Assembly (NCBI GenBank): GCA_964586775.1
Contig: CAZPJD010000184.1
Location: 69,987-133,986, forward strand
Reading direction: 5' to 3'
Source of the DNA: an uncultured bacterium
Lineage (GTDB): Bacteria; Lernaellota; Lernaellaia; JACKCT01
DNA: 64,000 nucleotides
Part shown: positions 1 to 9,943 of the stretch, one piece after another
How positions within the stretch are numbered: position 1 is the first letter of the stretch
How the letters are laid out: the number at the start of each line of letters is the position of its first letter
The notes under the pieces: model-generated
The model's input: the letters and a program-made list of their open reading frames with translations, nothing else
Databases searched by the model: none
Told to the model about the DNA's origin: nothing
Program-made: the position numbers and the translations under genes

Positions 1-63
1 ATCTTCGACAACGAGCGAAGACCGGATCTGATCGCGTGAATTCCGCGCGAGGGAGCCATTTGC

Positions 64-393
64 ATGTACGACGAGCCCGAGATTTGCGAGATCGACGTTC
101 AGGAAGCCAAGCGCCGCTTCGATGCAAAGGCGGCCGTCTTCGTCGACGTGCGCATGGGACGCGACTACGCGTTCGCCCACGTGCCCGGCGCGTTGCACCT
201 GCGCGACGACAACGTCGAGGACTTCATCGAAAAGACGCCCAAGACCACGCCCGTGGTCGTCTACTGCTACCACGGCTACGTGAGCGTCGGCGGCGCGGGG
301 TTCCTGCGTTCGCGCGGGTTCACCGACGTGTGCAGCATCGCCGGCGGATTCGAGGCGTGGCGACCGCTTTTCCCGACGGAGAAATCCGCTTAG
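64..393 (+). CDS. single-domain rhodanese-like sulfurtransferase (109 aa)
   Basis: ATG at 64 and TAG at 391 verified in the sequence. The protein has a rhodanese-type active-site loop, VVVYCYHGYVSVGGAGF, with a conserved Cys. The residue composition is coherent, in contrast to the overlapping Arg-rich 36..1259 frame. Confidence 0.75.
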   Translation: MYDEPEICEIDVQEAKRRFDAKAAVFVDVRMGRDYAFAHVPGALHLRDDNVEDFIEKTPKTTPVVVYCYHGYVSVGGAGFLRSRGFTDVCSIAGGFEAWRPLFPTEKSA

Positions 394-1229
394 CGCGTGC
401 CGCGATTGTCCGCGGCGAGGCGCTTGAGATACCGGCCGACCAGCGCCGCGACCCACGTCTCCGGCAACAGCCGCAGCACCGCGCGCGCGAGCGCGTTCGA
501 CCAACCGACCGTGACCACCGTGCGCCGCCCGAGCGCCCCCAGCGCCGCGCGCACCGGCACTTCGATGGGCATCGGTCGCTTGCCCAGGGCGCGGATGTTC
601 AGGCGGCGGATCGCGCGGGTGTCGGTGAGAGCGGGGCACGCCACGAGCACGTCCACGCCGCTGCCGCGCAGTTCTACCGCAAGTCCCATCCCGAATTGCC
701 GCTGCCAGCCCTTCGTGGCCGCCGCGTTCGCGGCGAAGGGTGCGGCGAACGCGCCCATCGTGGACGACACGATCACGATGCCGCCCCGGCCACGATCGCG
801 CATCGACGGCGCGAAGGCGCGCGCGAGCATGATCGTGGATTCGACATGCAGCGCGGCGATGTCCAGCTCGGCCTCGACGTCGGCGTCGCAAAACGCACCG
901 AGGGTCATCGTCCCCGCGTTCAGCACGAGCAGGCCGATGTCGATGCCCGCCGTCTCCTCGATCAATCGACGCACGTCTTCCCGCCGCGACAGATCGGCGG
1001 CGATTCCGCGCGTTTTTATGCCGAAGGTTTCGGCAAGGTTTTGCGCGACGCCCTCCACGTCCTCGCGATGCCGCGCGTTCACAACGACGTGGAGCCTTCG
1101 CCGGGCGAGTTCGCGCGCGAAACACGCCCCGATTCCCATCGTCGCACCGGTGACGAGCGCCCACGGACCGTAGCGCGCGCGCCATGCGTCGGCGTGCTCC
1201 CCGGTCGTTTCGCGGCTTCGATTTGTCAT
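390..1229 (-). CDS. short-chain dehydrogenase/reductase (SDR family, 279 aa)
   Basis: The C-terminal 279 aa of track ORF 390..2663 (-). The start MTNRSR was verified as the reverse complement of cat at 1227-1229. It has the Rossmann motif TGATMGIGACFA and an SDR-like layout. The N-terminal 478-aa extension of the track ORF is Arg-rich antisense of the + strand glycoside hydrolase gene and was discarded. Confidence 0.8.
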   Translation of the reverse strand: MTNRSRETTGEHADAWRARYGPWALVTGATMGIGACFARELARRRLHVVVNARHREDVEGVAQNLAETFGIKTRGIAADLSRREDVRRLIEETAGIDIGLLVLNAGTMTLGAFCDADVEAELDIAALHVESTIMLARAFAPSMRDRGRGGIVIVSSTMGAFAAPFAANAAATKGWQRQFGMGLAVELRGSGVDVLVACPALTDTRAIRRLNIRALGKRPMPIEVPVRAALGALGRRTVVTVGWSNALARAVLRLLPETWVAALVGRYLKRLAADNRGTR

Positions 1230-1313
1230 GCCCGCCGCATTCTTCCCGCGACCGTTTGACAACGCTACCCCGAGCGTCTGACAATTCGGGCGATTTCCCT
1301 GCCAGGGCAACAC

Positions 1314-3083
1314 GTGATGAGGGGCTCCCGTTCGTACCCCGCGCTGCTCGCGTCGGCCTGCTCGATCGTGCTGATCGCGGCTTGCGCCGAACCTCATCAC
1401 CCGTCGAGCGATCCTTCCACGAAACCGGTGACGGCACTGCACCCCGGTGCGGACTTCCATGATGAACCATCCGATGTCGACACCGAATCCGCGCCCGTGG
1501 TGCTGGCCGTCAACTTCGCGGGACCCTCGACCGAAACCGGTCGGCTCATCGGCTGGAACATCGGTCGCGGGACCACTTACGCGCCCGAGGGCGATCCGCT
1601 CCATCCCGAATGGCGAACGCCCGCGATGGTCGAGGCGATCCGGCGGCTCTCCGCGATCCGCACCGCCGACGACCGACCGCCGCTGGTGCGTTTTTCGGGT
1701 TTGCAGATCGACGGAATGCTCGGCGGCGACGGGTATCACTTCTGGGACTTCGTGCGGCCCGATCGCACCGTCGCCGAAGACGACAACATGGCGACCTTCG
1801 AATACCACGCGATCATGGACGAGATCGGCGGCGACGGCCTCGTGACGCTCAACTTCGGGTCGGGCACCGCGCTCGAGGCGGCGGCGTACGTGCGTCATCT
1901 CAACAGCGCCGACCCCGACGACGCCATGGCCGGTGCGCGGCGGTATTGGGGTTACGAGAGCCCGTGGGATCACACGACGTTCGAGATCGGCAACGAGGTC
2001 TTCGGGTGGTGGAACACCGCGTATTCGCAGACCGGGCGATTCTCTTACGCGAATCCACGGGCCGAGAACGGCGGCGATCCCGCGTGGCATCGCAAACCGT
2101 CGGACGATCCCGCGAACTTCTCCGCCCGCGCCTTGGCCTACGTGCAAGCCGTGCTCGCCGTCGAGCCCCGCGCGCGGTTTTGGGTGCCGCTCTCGCAGGC
2201 ATCGATGGATGCGTGGGGAGGCACGAGCGAGGCTGTCGCGGCTCTTGCGCCGCTGCTCGCCCACCCGGCGGTGGAGGCCGTCGTCATCCACCAATATCAG
2301 GTGGACGACGCGGCGGTCTTCGGATTCTGGGATAAGAACTCGTCCGAAATGCTGCTGGCGGGCGGCGATCTCTTTGCACCGCTCTATGAAGAACTGCGTG
2401 CCGAAATCGACGCCCTGCCCCGCACCGAGCCGCTCGGCATCGTCGTGACCGAATACCACGTCGCGGGTGCGTTCTCGCGTTTTCGTTTCACGCGCGGCGA
2501 CCAGCCGGTCGTGGGGCTCGGCATCGCCGACATGCTGATCGCCTACGCGAATCTCGGCATCGACGCCGTGTGCCAGCACATGGCGCTGGCCTTTGGCGAC
2601 GATGGCGACGACCGCGACGCGCTCGTCGAGCGCTGGTACAACCCTTTCCGCATCGACACGCACGGCGCGCTCGTCAACATGCCCTCATTCGAAGTGACGA
2701 ACTTGATCGCGGGCGCGATGCTGGGACGCACCGTGCCGGTGCGAACGCTGCGCATGCCCTCGCGCTCGTATTCGTTCGAGCGGACGGCGCTCAAATACGC
2801 GAGCGTCGCGGCGACGGCGTTCGCGAACGCACATGGCACGCGCGGCTCGATCGTCCTGCTGAACCGTGTGCAGGACGCGAACACGCACGTCGACGTGAAG
2901 ATCGACCGCGACGCCCGCGTGACCGGCGCGGCGATGTACGCGCCGAAGTCGCTGGAGTCGGACGAATCGGGTGTGTACAGAACGGCGGACGCCGTCTTCG
3001 TGCAGGTCGGCACGCGCGTAACGCTCGACCTGCCCCCGCACAGCCTCACCATCCTGCGCGTGGAGTTCGACGCGTCGCACTGA
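1314..3083 (+). CDS. secreted lipoprotein, clan GH-A-like glycoside hydrolase (family uncertain)
   Basis: Signal peptide plus lipobox (LIAACAEP). The protein has an FEIGNEVFGWWN acid/base-like NE motif and a later VVTEYHV nucleophile-like TE motif, both typical of clan A (beta/alpha)8 glycosidases. 589 aa. Confidence 0.6.
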   Translation: MMRGSRSYPALLASACSIVLIAACAEPHHPSSDPSTKPVTALHPGADFHDEPSDVDTESAPVVLAVNFAGPSTETGRLIGWNIGRGTTYAPEGDPLHPEWRTPAMVEAIRRLSAIRTADDRPPLVRFSGLQIDGMLGGDGYHFWDFVRPDRTVAEDDNMATFEYHAIMDEIGGDGLVTLNFGSGTALEAAAYVRHLNSADPDDAMAGARRYWGYESPWDHTTFEIGNEVFGWWNTAYSQTGRFSYANPRAENGGDPAWHRKPSDDPANFSARALAYVQAVLAVEPRARFWVPLSQASMDAWGGTSEAVAALAPLLAHPAVEAVVIHQYQVDDAAVFGFWDKNSSEMLLAGGDLFAPLYEELRAEIDALPRTEPLGIVVTEYHVAGAFSRFRFTRGDQPVVGLGIADMLIAYANLGIDAVCQHMALAFGDDGDDRDALVERWYNPFRIDTHGALVNMPSFEVTNLIAGAMLGRTVPVRTLRMPSRSYSFERTALKYASVAATAFANAHGTRGSIVLLNRVQDANTHVDVKIDRDARVTGAAMYAPKSLESDESGVYRTADAVFVQVGTRVTLDLPPHSLTILRVEFDASH

Positions 3084-3119
3084 CCCCCCGTTTGCGCGCA
3101 TCTTCGAAAGGATGACCCC

Positions 3120-3752
3120 ATGGCCGTGAGCATGTTTCACGAGGGACTCGACCGGTATCTCGACGAGCTGATCCCCGCGCGCTCCGCCGAGGTCGCCCTT
3201 ATGGAAGAGTACGCGGCGGTTCATCGCTTCCCGATTATCGGCCCCCACGTCGGTCGCCTGCTCGCGCTGCTCGCGAGGGCAACGAACGCGCGATCGGTCT
3301 TCGAGATGGGCTCGGGCTACGGTTACTCGGCGTATTGGTTTCTGACGGGCATGGCAAGCGACGGTCGAATCGTCCTGACGGACGGGTCGGCTTCGAATCG
3401 CGACCGCGCTTCGGCGCACCTCGATGCGCTGGGGTTCGCCGGGCGCTACGACTTTCGCGTCGGCGTCGGTCAGGAGGTCCTCGCGCGCGAGGCCGGACCC
3501 TTCGACATCGTCTACAACGACATCGACAAGGAACAGTACCCCGACGTGATCGACCTCGCGATCGAAAAGCTGCGGCCCGGTGGGCTCTTCATCACCGACA
3601 ACGTGCTGTGGAGCGCGCGCGTGGCCACGGACGACGACGCACCCTCGACGCGGGCGATCCGCGATTTCAACAACCGCCTTTTCGCACGCGCGGACGCGTT
3701 TTCCGCCGTCGTTCCGCTGCGCGACGGGATCGCGGTCGCCCTCAAGCTCTAG
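3120..3752 (+). CDS. class I SAM-dependent O-methyltransferase (family 3, caffeoyl-CoA OMT-like)
   Basis: Motifs VFEMGSGYGYSAYW (SAM-binding Gly-rich), DIVYNDIDKEQYP and LRPGGLFITDNVLW. 210 aa. Confidence 0.8.
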   Translation: MAVSMFHEGLDRYLDELIPARSAEVALMEEYAAVHRFPIIGPHVGRLLALLARATNARSVFEMGSGYGYSAYWFLTGMASDGRIVLTDGSASNRDRASAHLDALGFAGRYDFRVGVGQEVLAREAGPFDIVYNDIDKEQYPDVIDLAIEKLRPGGLFITDNVLWSARVATDDDAPSTRAIRDFNNRLFARADAFSAVVPLRDGIAVALKL

Positions 3753-3808
3753 CGTCCTGTGGCGTGCGACCACCGGCCTCGAAACGCCCGAAAAACGGTA
3801 CATTTTCG

Positions 3809-3836
3809 TTGACACCGGACCGCCCGGCGTTATCAT
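3809..3836 (+). promoter_or_regulatory. sigma70-like promoter (TTGACA-16nt-TATCAT) upstream of the 3898 gene
   Basis: TTGACA at 3809-3814 and TATCAT at 3831-3836. A GGGAGG ribosome-binding site lies at 3885-3890, 7 nt before the ATG at 3898. Confidence 0.35.
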
Positions 3837-3897
3837 CGCCGGGCTTTCGGGGGCTCTCCCTCCGTGTTTATTTCCCTTTGATGTTTGGGAGGTCTGC

Positions 3898-5712
3898 ATG
3901 CCGGCGCTGAAGGGCCAGACGATTCTGGTTCTGGGCGGTTGGGGCCTGGTGGGTCGCGCGATCTGCTACGAGCTGCTCAAGGAAAATCCGAAAAAACTCG
4001 TCATCTGCTCGCTCAAGGAAAGCGAATCGAAGGACGCCATTCAGGATCTCGCTCAGGAGATCGGGTTCCTCACGGATACCGGCAAGACGCGCGTCACGAC
4101 AAAGCTCGTTCCCGAATGGGGGGATCTTTTCGCGCGCGTCGAGCACAAGGACATGGACGCGCGCGCGATCACCGACACGGCGACGCTCGACCGGGTCATC
4201 GACGACACGTTCAACGACCTGTCCACCGTGGACGTGACGAAGAACACCCTGTACCGGCTCGTTACGCGGTATCGACCGGATGTCGTCATCGACGCGGTGA
4301 ACACGGCGACGGGCGTGGCCTATCGCGACGTCTACGCCTCGGTGCTCGATCTGCGCCTGCGCATGCGCGACGTCGAGGCGCTCGATCCGTCCGATCCCGC
4401 CTATGCCGACGCCGTGCGTGCGATGATGAAAAGCGCGCGGATCCAGATGGCGTCCACATACCTTCCGCGCCTGATCCGGCACGTGCAGATTCTTTTCAAC
4501 GCCATGAAAAAGGCCGGCACGCGCAGCTATTTCAAGATCGGCACCACGGGCACCGGCGGCATGGGGCTCAACATCCCCTACACGCACAGCGAGGAAAAGC
4601 CGAGCCAGAAACTGCTGTCGAAGTCGGCGGTGGCGGGCGCGCACTCGCTGCTGCTCTTTCTCATGAACAACACGCCGGGCTTTGCGTTCACGATGGAGGT
4701 GAAGCCGGCGGCGGCGATCGCGTGGAAGGACATCGACCGGGGCGAGATCCGCAAGGCGGGCAAGCCCATCGAGCTGTACGACTGCGACACGCGCGCGCCA
4801 TTCGACGTGACGAAGTCGGTCGATCTGGTCGCGGCGGGCGACGCGCGCATCCGCGCCCTCGGCGAGCCGCTGCGCGCCGTGTACATCAACACCGGCGAGA
4901 ACGGGCTGTTTTCGGCGGCGGAGTTCGAGGCGATCACCACCGCGGGCCAGATGGAGTACGTGACGCCCGAGGAGATCGCGAAGAACGTGAAGGAAGAACT
5001 GCTGGGCGGCAACACGGGCTTCGACATCATCGGCATGCTTTCGAACTCGGTGATGAAATCCACCTACCGCGCGGGCGTGATGCGCGAGATCGCTCTGGAG
5101 CGACTGCGCGACATGCAGGCCGAGGGCGGCGAAGACAGCATCGCCTTCGAGCTGCTCGGCCCGCCGCGCCTGTCGAAATTGCTTTACGAGGCGCACCTGC
5201 TGCGCCGCGTGTACGGCGACATCGCGACCGCGACGAAAGCCGATCCCGCGAAGATGTCCGCCGATCTCGAACGGCTCGTGCGTCGCGACAAGACGCTGCG
5301 CGCGCGCATCATCTCGATCGGCATCCCGATTCTGTTGCCCGACGCAAAGGCCATGCTGCGCGGCCCGAACATCGTGATCCCGCCGTTTCGGGGCAAAAAC
5401 ACGATCGAGCTCGACGCAGGGCGGATCGACCGCTACGCCCACGACGGTTGGGTTGATCTTCGCGTCGCGAACATGAAACACTGGCGTGAGCGGCTCGCCC
5501 GGCTCGCCGCCGAAATCGAGTCGATGGATTGGAAGCAGACGCAGTCGGGAATGGGCACCAGCAGCCGCGTGCACCGCAAGCGCTACCAGATCACAGTTCG
5601 CGGCAAGACGGTGCTGAACGTCGGCGAGATCGTCGGATGGATCTTCAATGAAGAGGAAGAAGGCAGCCGAAAGACCTACTCGCACCCTCGGGTGCGTCCG
5701 CCGCGCGTGTAG
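3898..5712 (+). CDS. NAD(P)-binding Rossmann-fold protein of unknown function (604 aa)
   Basis: ATG at 3898 verified, preceded by GGGAGG. The N-terminus GQTILVLGGWGLVGRAICYEL is a GxGxxG dinucleotide-binding motif. The long, compositionally normal protein occupies the 3' part of track ORF 3580..5712. No confident family assignment. Confidence 0.65.
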   Translation: MPALKGQTILVLGGWGLVGRAICYELLKENPKKLVICSLKESESKDAIQDLAQEIGFLTDTGKTRVTTKLVPEWGDLFARVEHKDMDARAITDTATLDRVIDDTFNDLSTVDVTKNTLYRLVTRYRPDVVIDAVNTATGVAYRDVYASVLDLRLRMRDVEALDPSDPAYADAVRAMMKSARIQMASTYLPRLIRHVQILFNAMKKAGTRSYFKIGTTGTGGMGLNIPYTHSEEKPSQKLLSKSAVAGAHSLLLFLMNNTPGFAFTMEVKPAAAIAWKDIDRGEIRKAGKPIELYDCDTRAPFDVTKSVDLVAAGDARIRALGEPLRAVYINTGENGLFSAAEFEAITTAGQMEYVTPEEIAKNVKEELLGGNTGFDIIGMLSNSVMKSTYRAGVMREIALERLRDMQAEGGEDSIAFELLGPPRLSKLLYEAHLLRRVYGDIATATKADPAKMSADLERLVRRDKTLRARIISIGIPILLPDAKAMLRGPNIVIPPFRGKNTIELDAGRIDRYAHDGWVDLRVANMKHWRERLARLAAEIESMDWKQTQSGMGTSSRVHRKRYQITVRGKTVLNVGEIVGWIFNEEEEGSRKTYSHPRVRPPRV

Positions 5713-6034
5713 CGCCGTCACATTCGCAGCGCTGTTGGCCGTCGCGATCGCGACCGCGCCGTCGTGCACGTGCGATGGCGACGAATGGGATGACGAGGAT
5801 ATCGACCGCACCTGCGATTGCAGCGGCATGGCGCTCGCGATCTTCGAAGACTGCCACGGCGTGATCGAGATCGACGGCGAAACCCCGGACGTGGCCGCCT
5901 TCGCCGGCGCCTGCAACGAGGCGATCGCGGGCGAAACGGTGGATCAGGCGGCGTTCGAGTGCCGCATTCAGGCATCTTGCGACGCGCGCGATTGCGAGGA
6001 TTTCGCCAAGCGCCTCGCCCTGTGCGCCTACTGA
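5648..6034 (+). CDS. small secreted cysteine-rich acidic protein (128 aa)
   Basis: The N-terminus is MKRKK, followed by a hydrophobic stretch VTFAALLAVAIATAPSC that reads as a signal peptide, possibly a lipobox. The mature part has 10 Cys and is Asp/Glu-rich. It overlaps the upstream gene end by 65 nt and has no alternative in-frame start. Confidence 0.45.
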   Translation: MKRKKAAERPTRTLGCVRRACSAVTFAALLAVAIATAPSCTCDGDEWDDEDIDRTCDCSGMALAIFEDCHGVIEIDGETPDVAAFAGACNEAIAGETVDQAAFECRIQASCDARDCEDFAKRLALCAY

Positions 6035-6087
6035 AACGGCCCGCGTCGATTCTTTACACGCGCGGCCAAAACGTCTAAGTTCCCGCC

Positions 6088-7104
6088 GTGAATTCGAACC
6101 GACATTCGCGGAATCGAGGCGCAAACCGCCTCGTTTTTCTCATGGCCGGCGCGCTCGCTGCCTGGGTGATCGCCGCCGCCACGCCCGCGCACGCCGTGTG
6201 GTTCTGGGGCGCCAAACCCGTGGGCATGGGCACCGCGTTCACCGGCGTCGCCGACGACAACAACGCCATTCAGATCAATCCGGCGGGCATCGCGATGATC
6301 GAGACGTACAGTCTCGACGTCGAATACGAGCGCCGCGAGTACGAGATCCTCGACTACGAACAGCTTCACAGCGACGACATCGAGCCGCTCGAGGAAGAGG
6401 ACGATTTCAACAATCAGTTCTTCACCGACGAAGAATCGGCGATCGACGCGCAGGAAAAAAACATCTCGGACTTCTGGCACATGTCGATCGTGGACGGCAA
6501 GACGACAAACGCGATCGCCGCGGGGCTCTCGTTCACGGCGGCGAACTTTCCCAATCGCACCTTCGCCGAGGGCAAGGACTATCAGGCGGCGTTGGCCATC
6601 GCCGGCGGCGCGGCCGACATCTTCTTCATCGGTGCGTCGGGCAAGTACCGGCAGCTCGAACCGGGCTCGTCAAACTTCAACATGGACGCGGGCGTGCTCA
6701 TCAAGGCGATCGACTACTTCGCCATCGGCCTCGCGGGACGCAACATGTTCGGCGGCCCCGATCCGTATCTCATCGAGCGCGAGTTCTCGATCGGCCTCGC
6801 GGGCTTCGTGCTCGACTACGCGACGATTTCGTTCGATGCGACCAAGGTCTTCGACGTGGACGAGGTCAACACGTTCAACTTCGCACTCGGCGCCGAGAGC
6901 TTCGTCTATCGTTATCGTTCGATGACCAAGGCGGGGCTCGTGCTGCGCGGCGGATTCAACTGGGATCAGATCTACGACCGCGACCGCTACGGCGCGGGCA
7001 TTGCGTGGTACGCGCCGGAGGGCACGCTCGGCTATTCGTTCCGGGGCGATGTCGAGAATCCGAAAAACTTCTCGCACATGCTCATGATCAACATGAACTT
7101 CTAG
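6088..7104 (+). CDS. outer-membrane beta-barrel protein (338 aa)
   Basis: GTG start at 6088. The signal peptide ends in AHA-VW. The protein shows alternating amphipathic beta-strand character with Gly/aromatic-rich segments and a C-terminal aromatic residue (MLMINMNF), typical of the OMP C-terminal signature. Confidence 0.65.
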   Translation: MNSNRHSRNRGANRLVFLMAGALAAWVIAAATPAHAVWFWGAKPVGMGTAFTGVADDNNAIQINPAGIAMIETYSLDVEYERREYEILDYEQLHSDDIEPLEEEDDFNNQFFTDEESAIDAQEKNISDFWHMSIVDGKTTNAIAAGLSFTAANFPNRTFAEGKDYQAALAIAGGAADIFFIGASGKYRQLEPGSSNFNMDAGVLIKAIDYFAIGLAGRNMFGGPDPYLIEREFSIGLAGFVLDYATISFDATKVFDVDEVNTFNFALGAESFVYRYRSMTKAGLVLRGGFNWDQIYDRDRYGAGIAWYAPEGTLGYSFRGDVENPKNFSHMLMINMNF

Positions 7105-7116
7105 AGCGTCCCGCTC

Positions 7117-8589
7117 TCACCGCGATAAAAAAGCCTTCAACTGCCCCTGTCGCGACGCAGTCCCGTACCACATCAGCAGATCCGCCCGGCCGTCGCCATC
7201 CAGGTCCATCACCTCCGCGCCGTTCGGCGCCGGGGTCTTGATCGAGGCCGTCGGGCCGCTGAAATCAAGACCGCCCTTGCCCGTCTTCACCACGATCTCG
7301 TCGGGGCTCACGCCGATCAGCAGGTCGGGCTTGCCGTCGGCGTCGAAATCCTGACCGTACTCCGGCGGCGTGCCCGAAAAATCGTTCTCGTCGCCGGTGC
7401 TCATGTGGAAGGGCACGTCGAATTTCTGCGTCGGCTCCTGCGCGAATAGCTGCGGCCCGTCGCAACGATAAAGACCGTACTCCATGTCGAGCTTCTTGAC
7501 CGTGAGCACGCGGATGACCTTGCCGATGCTCACCTCCACGCCCGGCGCGATCAGATCCACGCGACCATCGCGGTCGGCGTCGGCGAACTTGAGCAGCCCC
7601 GAAAACCCCTTGAACTGCCGCGTGTAGGTCGGGCTCGTGGGAAGCCCCGCCGCGCCGCCGCGAAACACGCGGATGTCCGACGAAAAATTCGTGATGCTGC
7701 CGCCGAATTTGTTGAACACGAGATCGCCGAATCCATCGCCGTCCAGGTCGCGCACGTGCGTCGATACCGTCACGTCCTGACGCTTCCAGTCCTGCTCGGA
7801 GCGGATCTTGAAAAAGCGCGACGTCGCGGGCTTCGTCTCGAATCGGCCGTCGGTCTGCTTGACGACCCAGATCCGTTCGTTGCCCACGACGTAGAGATCC
7901 GCGTCGCGATCGTTGTCGTAATCGACAAGCGCCCACTCCGGCACCTTGATCGTGGCGGTCAGCGAGAACCCGTAGCTCTCGGACTTCGTCGCCTGCGCGC
8001 TGTTCAGGTCGCGCTCCATCTCGACCGCCACGGTCTCCGCCGCGACGAACGCGCCATCGCGCCGCTCGAAGAAACGAAACTCGCCGTCGCCGGGGAGCAT
8101 CAGGTCGACCGCCGCGTCGCCCCGCCAATCACGAGCGAGATCCAGCACGGGCGCCTTGGTGCGATCGGCCCAGCACACGCCGCAGCCCTTGTCCGCGAGG
8201 GTGCGTTCCTCGCCCGGTCCCGTTCCGGTGAAGTCCACCGCACTCACGCGGGTTCGATAGATCCACAGCAACTCCGCCGCCCCGTCGCCGTCCACGTCGC
8301 CGGTGTCGAAGGCCGACGCCCCCGCCGGCACGTCGAGCGTCCAGCGCGGCTGCGCCTCGTATCCGTTCGCGCCGACATGAAAGACCTGAATCCGCCGTTT
8401 TTCGTTCGGCGGCGTGCCGGCGGTGATGGACACGAGGATCTCGAGCTTCTTGTCGCCGTCGAGGTCGTCGGCCACGACCGAGCGGATCGTGCCCGTCGCC
8501 TGCATGGCGCTCTCACGAAATTCCAGGGCCCCGGCGGGCGTGGCGATCAGCAGCGCGACCAGGGCCGCGACGAACGTCGAACACTTCAT
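7117..8589 (-). CDS. secreted FG-GAP/VCBS-repeat protein (integrin-alpha-like beta-propeller)
   Basis: The start MKCSTF at 8587-8589 was verified and overlaps the aroK stop as ATGA. It has a signal peptide and repeated DxDGDG calcium-binding FG-GAP motifs (DLDGDKK, DVDGDGAAE, DLDGDGFGD, DADRDGRVD, DADGKPD, DLDGDGRAD). Confidence 0.8.
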   Translation of the reverse strand: MKCSTFVAALVALLIATPAGALEFRESAMQATGTIRSVVADDLDGDKKLEILVSITAGTPPNEKRRIQVFHVGANGYEAQPRWTLDVPAGASAFDTGDVDGDGAAELLWIYRTRVSAVDFTGTGPGEERTLADKGCGVCWADRTKAPVLDLARDWRGDAAVDLMLPGDGEFRFFERRDGAFVAAETVAVEMERDLNSAQATKSESYGFSLTATIKVPEWALVDYDNDRDADLYVVGNERIWVVKQTDGRFETKPATSRFFKIRSEQDWKRQDVTVSTHVRDLDGDGFGDLVFNKFGGSITNFSSDIRVFRGGAAGLPTSPTYTRQFKGFSGLLKFADADRDGRVDLIAPGVEVSIGKVIRVLTVKKLDMEYGLYRCDGPQLFAQEPTQKFDVPFHMSTGDENDFSGTPPEYGQDFDADGKPDLLIGVSPDEIVVKTGKGGLDFSGPTASIKTPAPNGAEVMDLDGDGRADLLMWYGTASRQGQLKAFLSR

Positions 8590-9116
8590 CCGCGATTCTC
8601 CACGTGCGTCTTGATCCACGAAATCGCCGCCGCGAGCGTGTCGTCCGGCGACGCATCCGTCGTGTCGATGGTCACGTCGGCCAAAGAAGCATAGATCGGC
8701 CCGCGTTCAGCCAACACCCGGCGCATATCCTCGATGGGGTCCGGCGCGTCGGTCAGCGGCGGGCGGTTCGGGTCTCGCGAGATGCGCCCGACCAGCGTTT
8801 CGACCCGCGCCATGAGCAGGATGCGCGCATCGAATCCCCGCAGCAACTCGCGGTTGTGCTCGGCGACGATCAGCCCGCCGCCCGCGTCGAGCAGCAGGTC
8901 GCCGGGGTGATCGCGCAGGATGTTTTCGAGCATCGTCGTTTCGAGCGCGCGAAACGCGCCCCACCCGTTCGCGGCGACGAAATCCGCGATGGGGCATCCC
9001 GCGACGCGCGCGATCTCTTCGTCGCTCGACACCTGGGGCAGCATGAGCGCCTCAGCAAGGCCGCGCGCCAACCGCGATTTTCCCGCGCCGCGCGGGCCGA
9101 TCAGAACCAGTCGCAT
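8586..9116 (-). CDS. aroK: shikimate kinase
   Basis: The 176-aa C-terminal part of track ORF 8586..9728. The start [14 protein letters not shown] carries a Walker A motif, with ATG verified at 9114-9116 and a TGA stop at 8586. Its start overlaps the aroE stop. Confidence 0.85.
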   Translation of the reverse strand: MRLVLIGPRGAGKSRLARGLAEALMLPQVSSDEEIARVAGCPIADFVAANGWGAFRALETTMLENILRDHPGDLLLDAGGGLIVAEHNRELLRGFDARILLMARVETLVGRISRDPNRPPLTDAPDPIEDMRRVLAERGPIYASLADVTIDTTDASPDDTLAAAISWIKTHVENRG

Positions 9117-9943
9117 CCGGGGACCGTTTCGAGCGCCGCGCGCATCGCCTCGACCGGGGCCTCGCGGCCCGTCAGCAGGCGGAATTGCTCGGCCGCCTGC
9201 CCGAGAAACCAGCGTGTGCCGGGGATCGCCGTCGCGCCGCGACCCATCGCCTCGAGCAAAAACCGCGTGCGCGCGGGGCGATACACCGCGTCGAGCACCG
9301 TCATGTCGCGACGCAGCAACTGCTTGGGCGCGGGGAGCGAATCGCCGGGCTTCATCCCCAGCGGCGTGGCGTTGATGACGAGCGTCGACGCCGCGAGGGC
9401 TTCGCGGATGCTCGCGTCGGTTCGCCGACGAAGCCACATCATGACCTTGCGTTCGGGCGTCACCTGACAATGAAGATTCGCGTCGCGCTTCGATCTGGAG
9501 ATGATGTGGATCTCCCGGATGCCTCCCTGGATCAACGCGTTCCAAACCGCCGGAGCCGCTCCGCCACTGCCGATGATCGTGGCAACCCGGTCGCGCGCGT
9601 CGAATTCGACGCTGGCGAGCGCGGCGCGCACCCCCGCGACATCGGTGTTGAACGCGCGCGTCCGATCGTCGAACACCACCGTGTTCGCAGCCTTCATCTC
9701 CTCCACGTCGGGGGAGCGTTCGTCGCACAGGGACGCGGCGATTTTTTTGTGCGGCATGGTGACGGCGATTCCGGCGTAACCCTCGTCGCGCGCGCGGGCG
9801 AAGGCGCGCTCGCCGTTTTTGTCTTCGATGCGGTCGAAGGTCGCGTCCATGCCCAGCGCAAGAAACGCCGCGGCATAGATCGCCGGGCTCGCCGAGTGCG
9901 CGAGCGGATAGCCGATGATGCCGTACTTCGCCGGCGCCTTCAT
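9101..9943 (-). CDS. aroE: shikimate dehydrogenase
   Basis: The 280-aa C-terminal part of track ORF 9101..10249. It begins [20 protein letters not shown] and has the AroE NAD(P)-binding segment [13 protein letters not shown]. The stop is TGA at 9101-9103, inside the aroK 5' end. Confidence 0.85.
   Translation of the reverse strand: MKAPAKYGIIGYPLAHSASPAIYAAAFLALGMDATFDRIEDKNGERAFARARDEGYAGIAVTMPHKKIAASLCDERSPDVEEMKAANTVVFDDRTRAFNTDVAGVRAALASVEFDARDRVATIIGSGGAAPAVWNALIQGGIREIHIISRSKRDANLHCQVTPERKVMMWLRRRTDASIREALAASTLVINATPLGMKPGDSLPAPKQLLRRDMTVLDAVYRPARTRFLLEAMGRGATAIPGTRWFLGQAAEQFRLLTGREAPVEAMRAALETVPGCDWF

Noticed and set aside
36-1259. 407-aa ORF on the + strand spanning the rhodanese and SDR region
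   Set aside because: It is extremely Arg-rich (RRARDLRDRRSGS...). It overlaps two good genes in other frames, one on the opposite strand.
1230-2663. N-terminal 478-aa extension of track ORF 390..2663 (-)
   Set aside because: Only the C-terminal 279 aa form an SDR. The extension is Arg-rich and runs antisense through the + strand glycoside hydrolase gene, which has a signal peptide and catalytic motifs.
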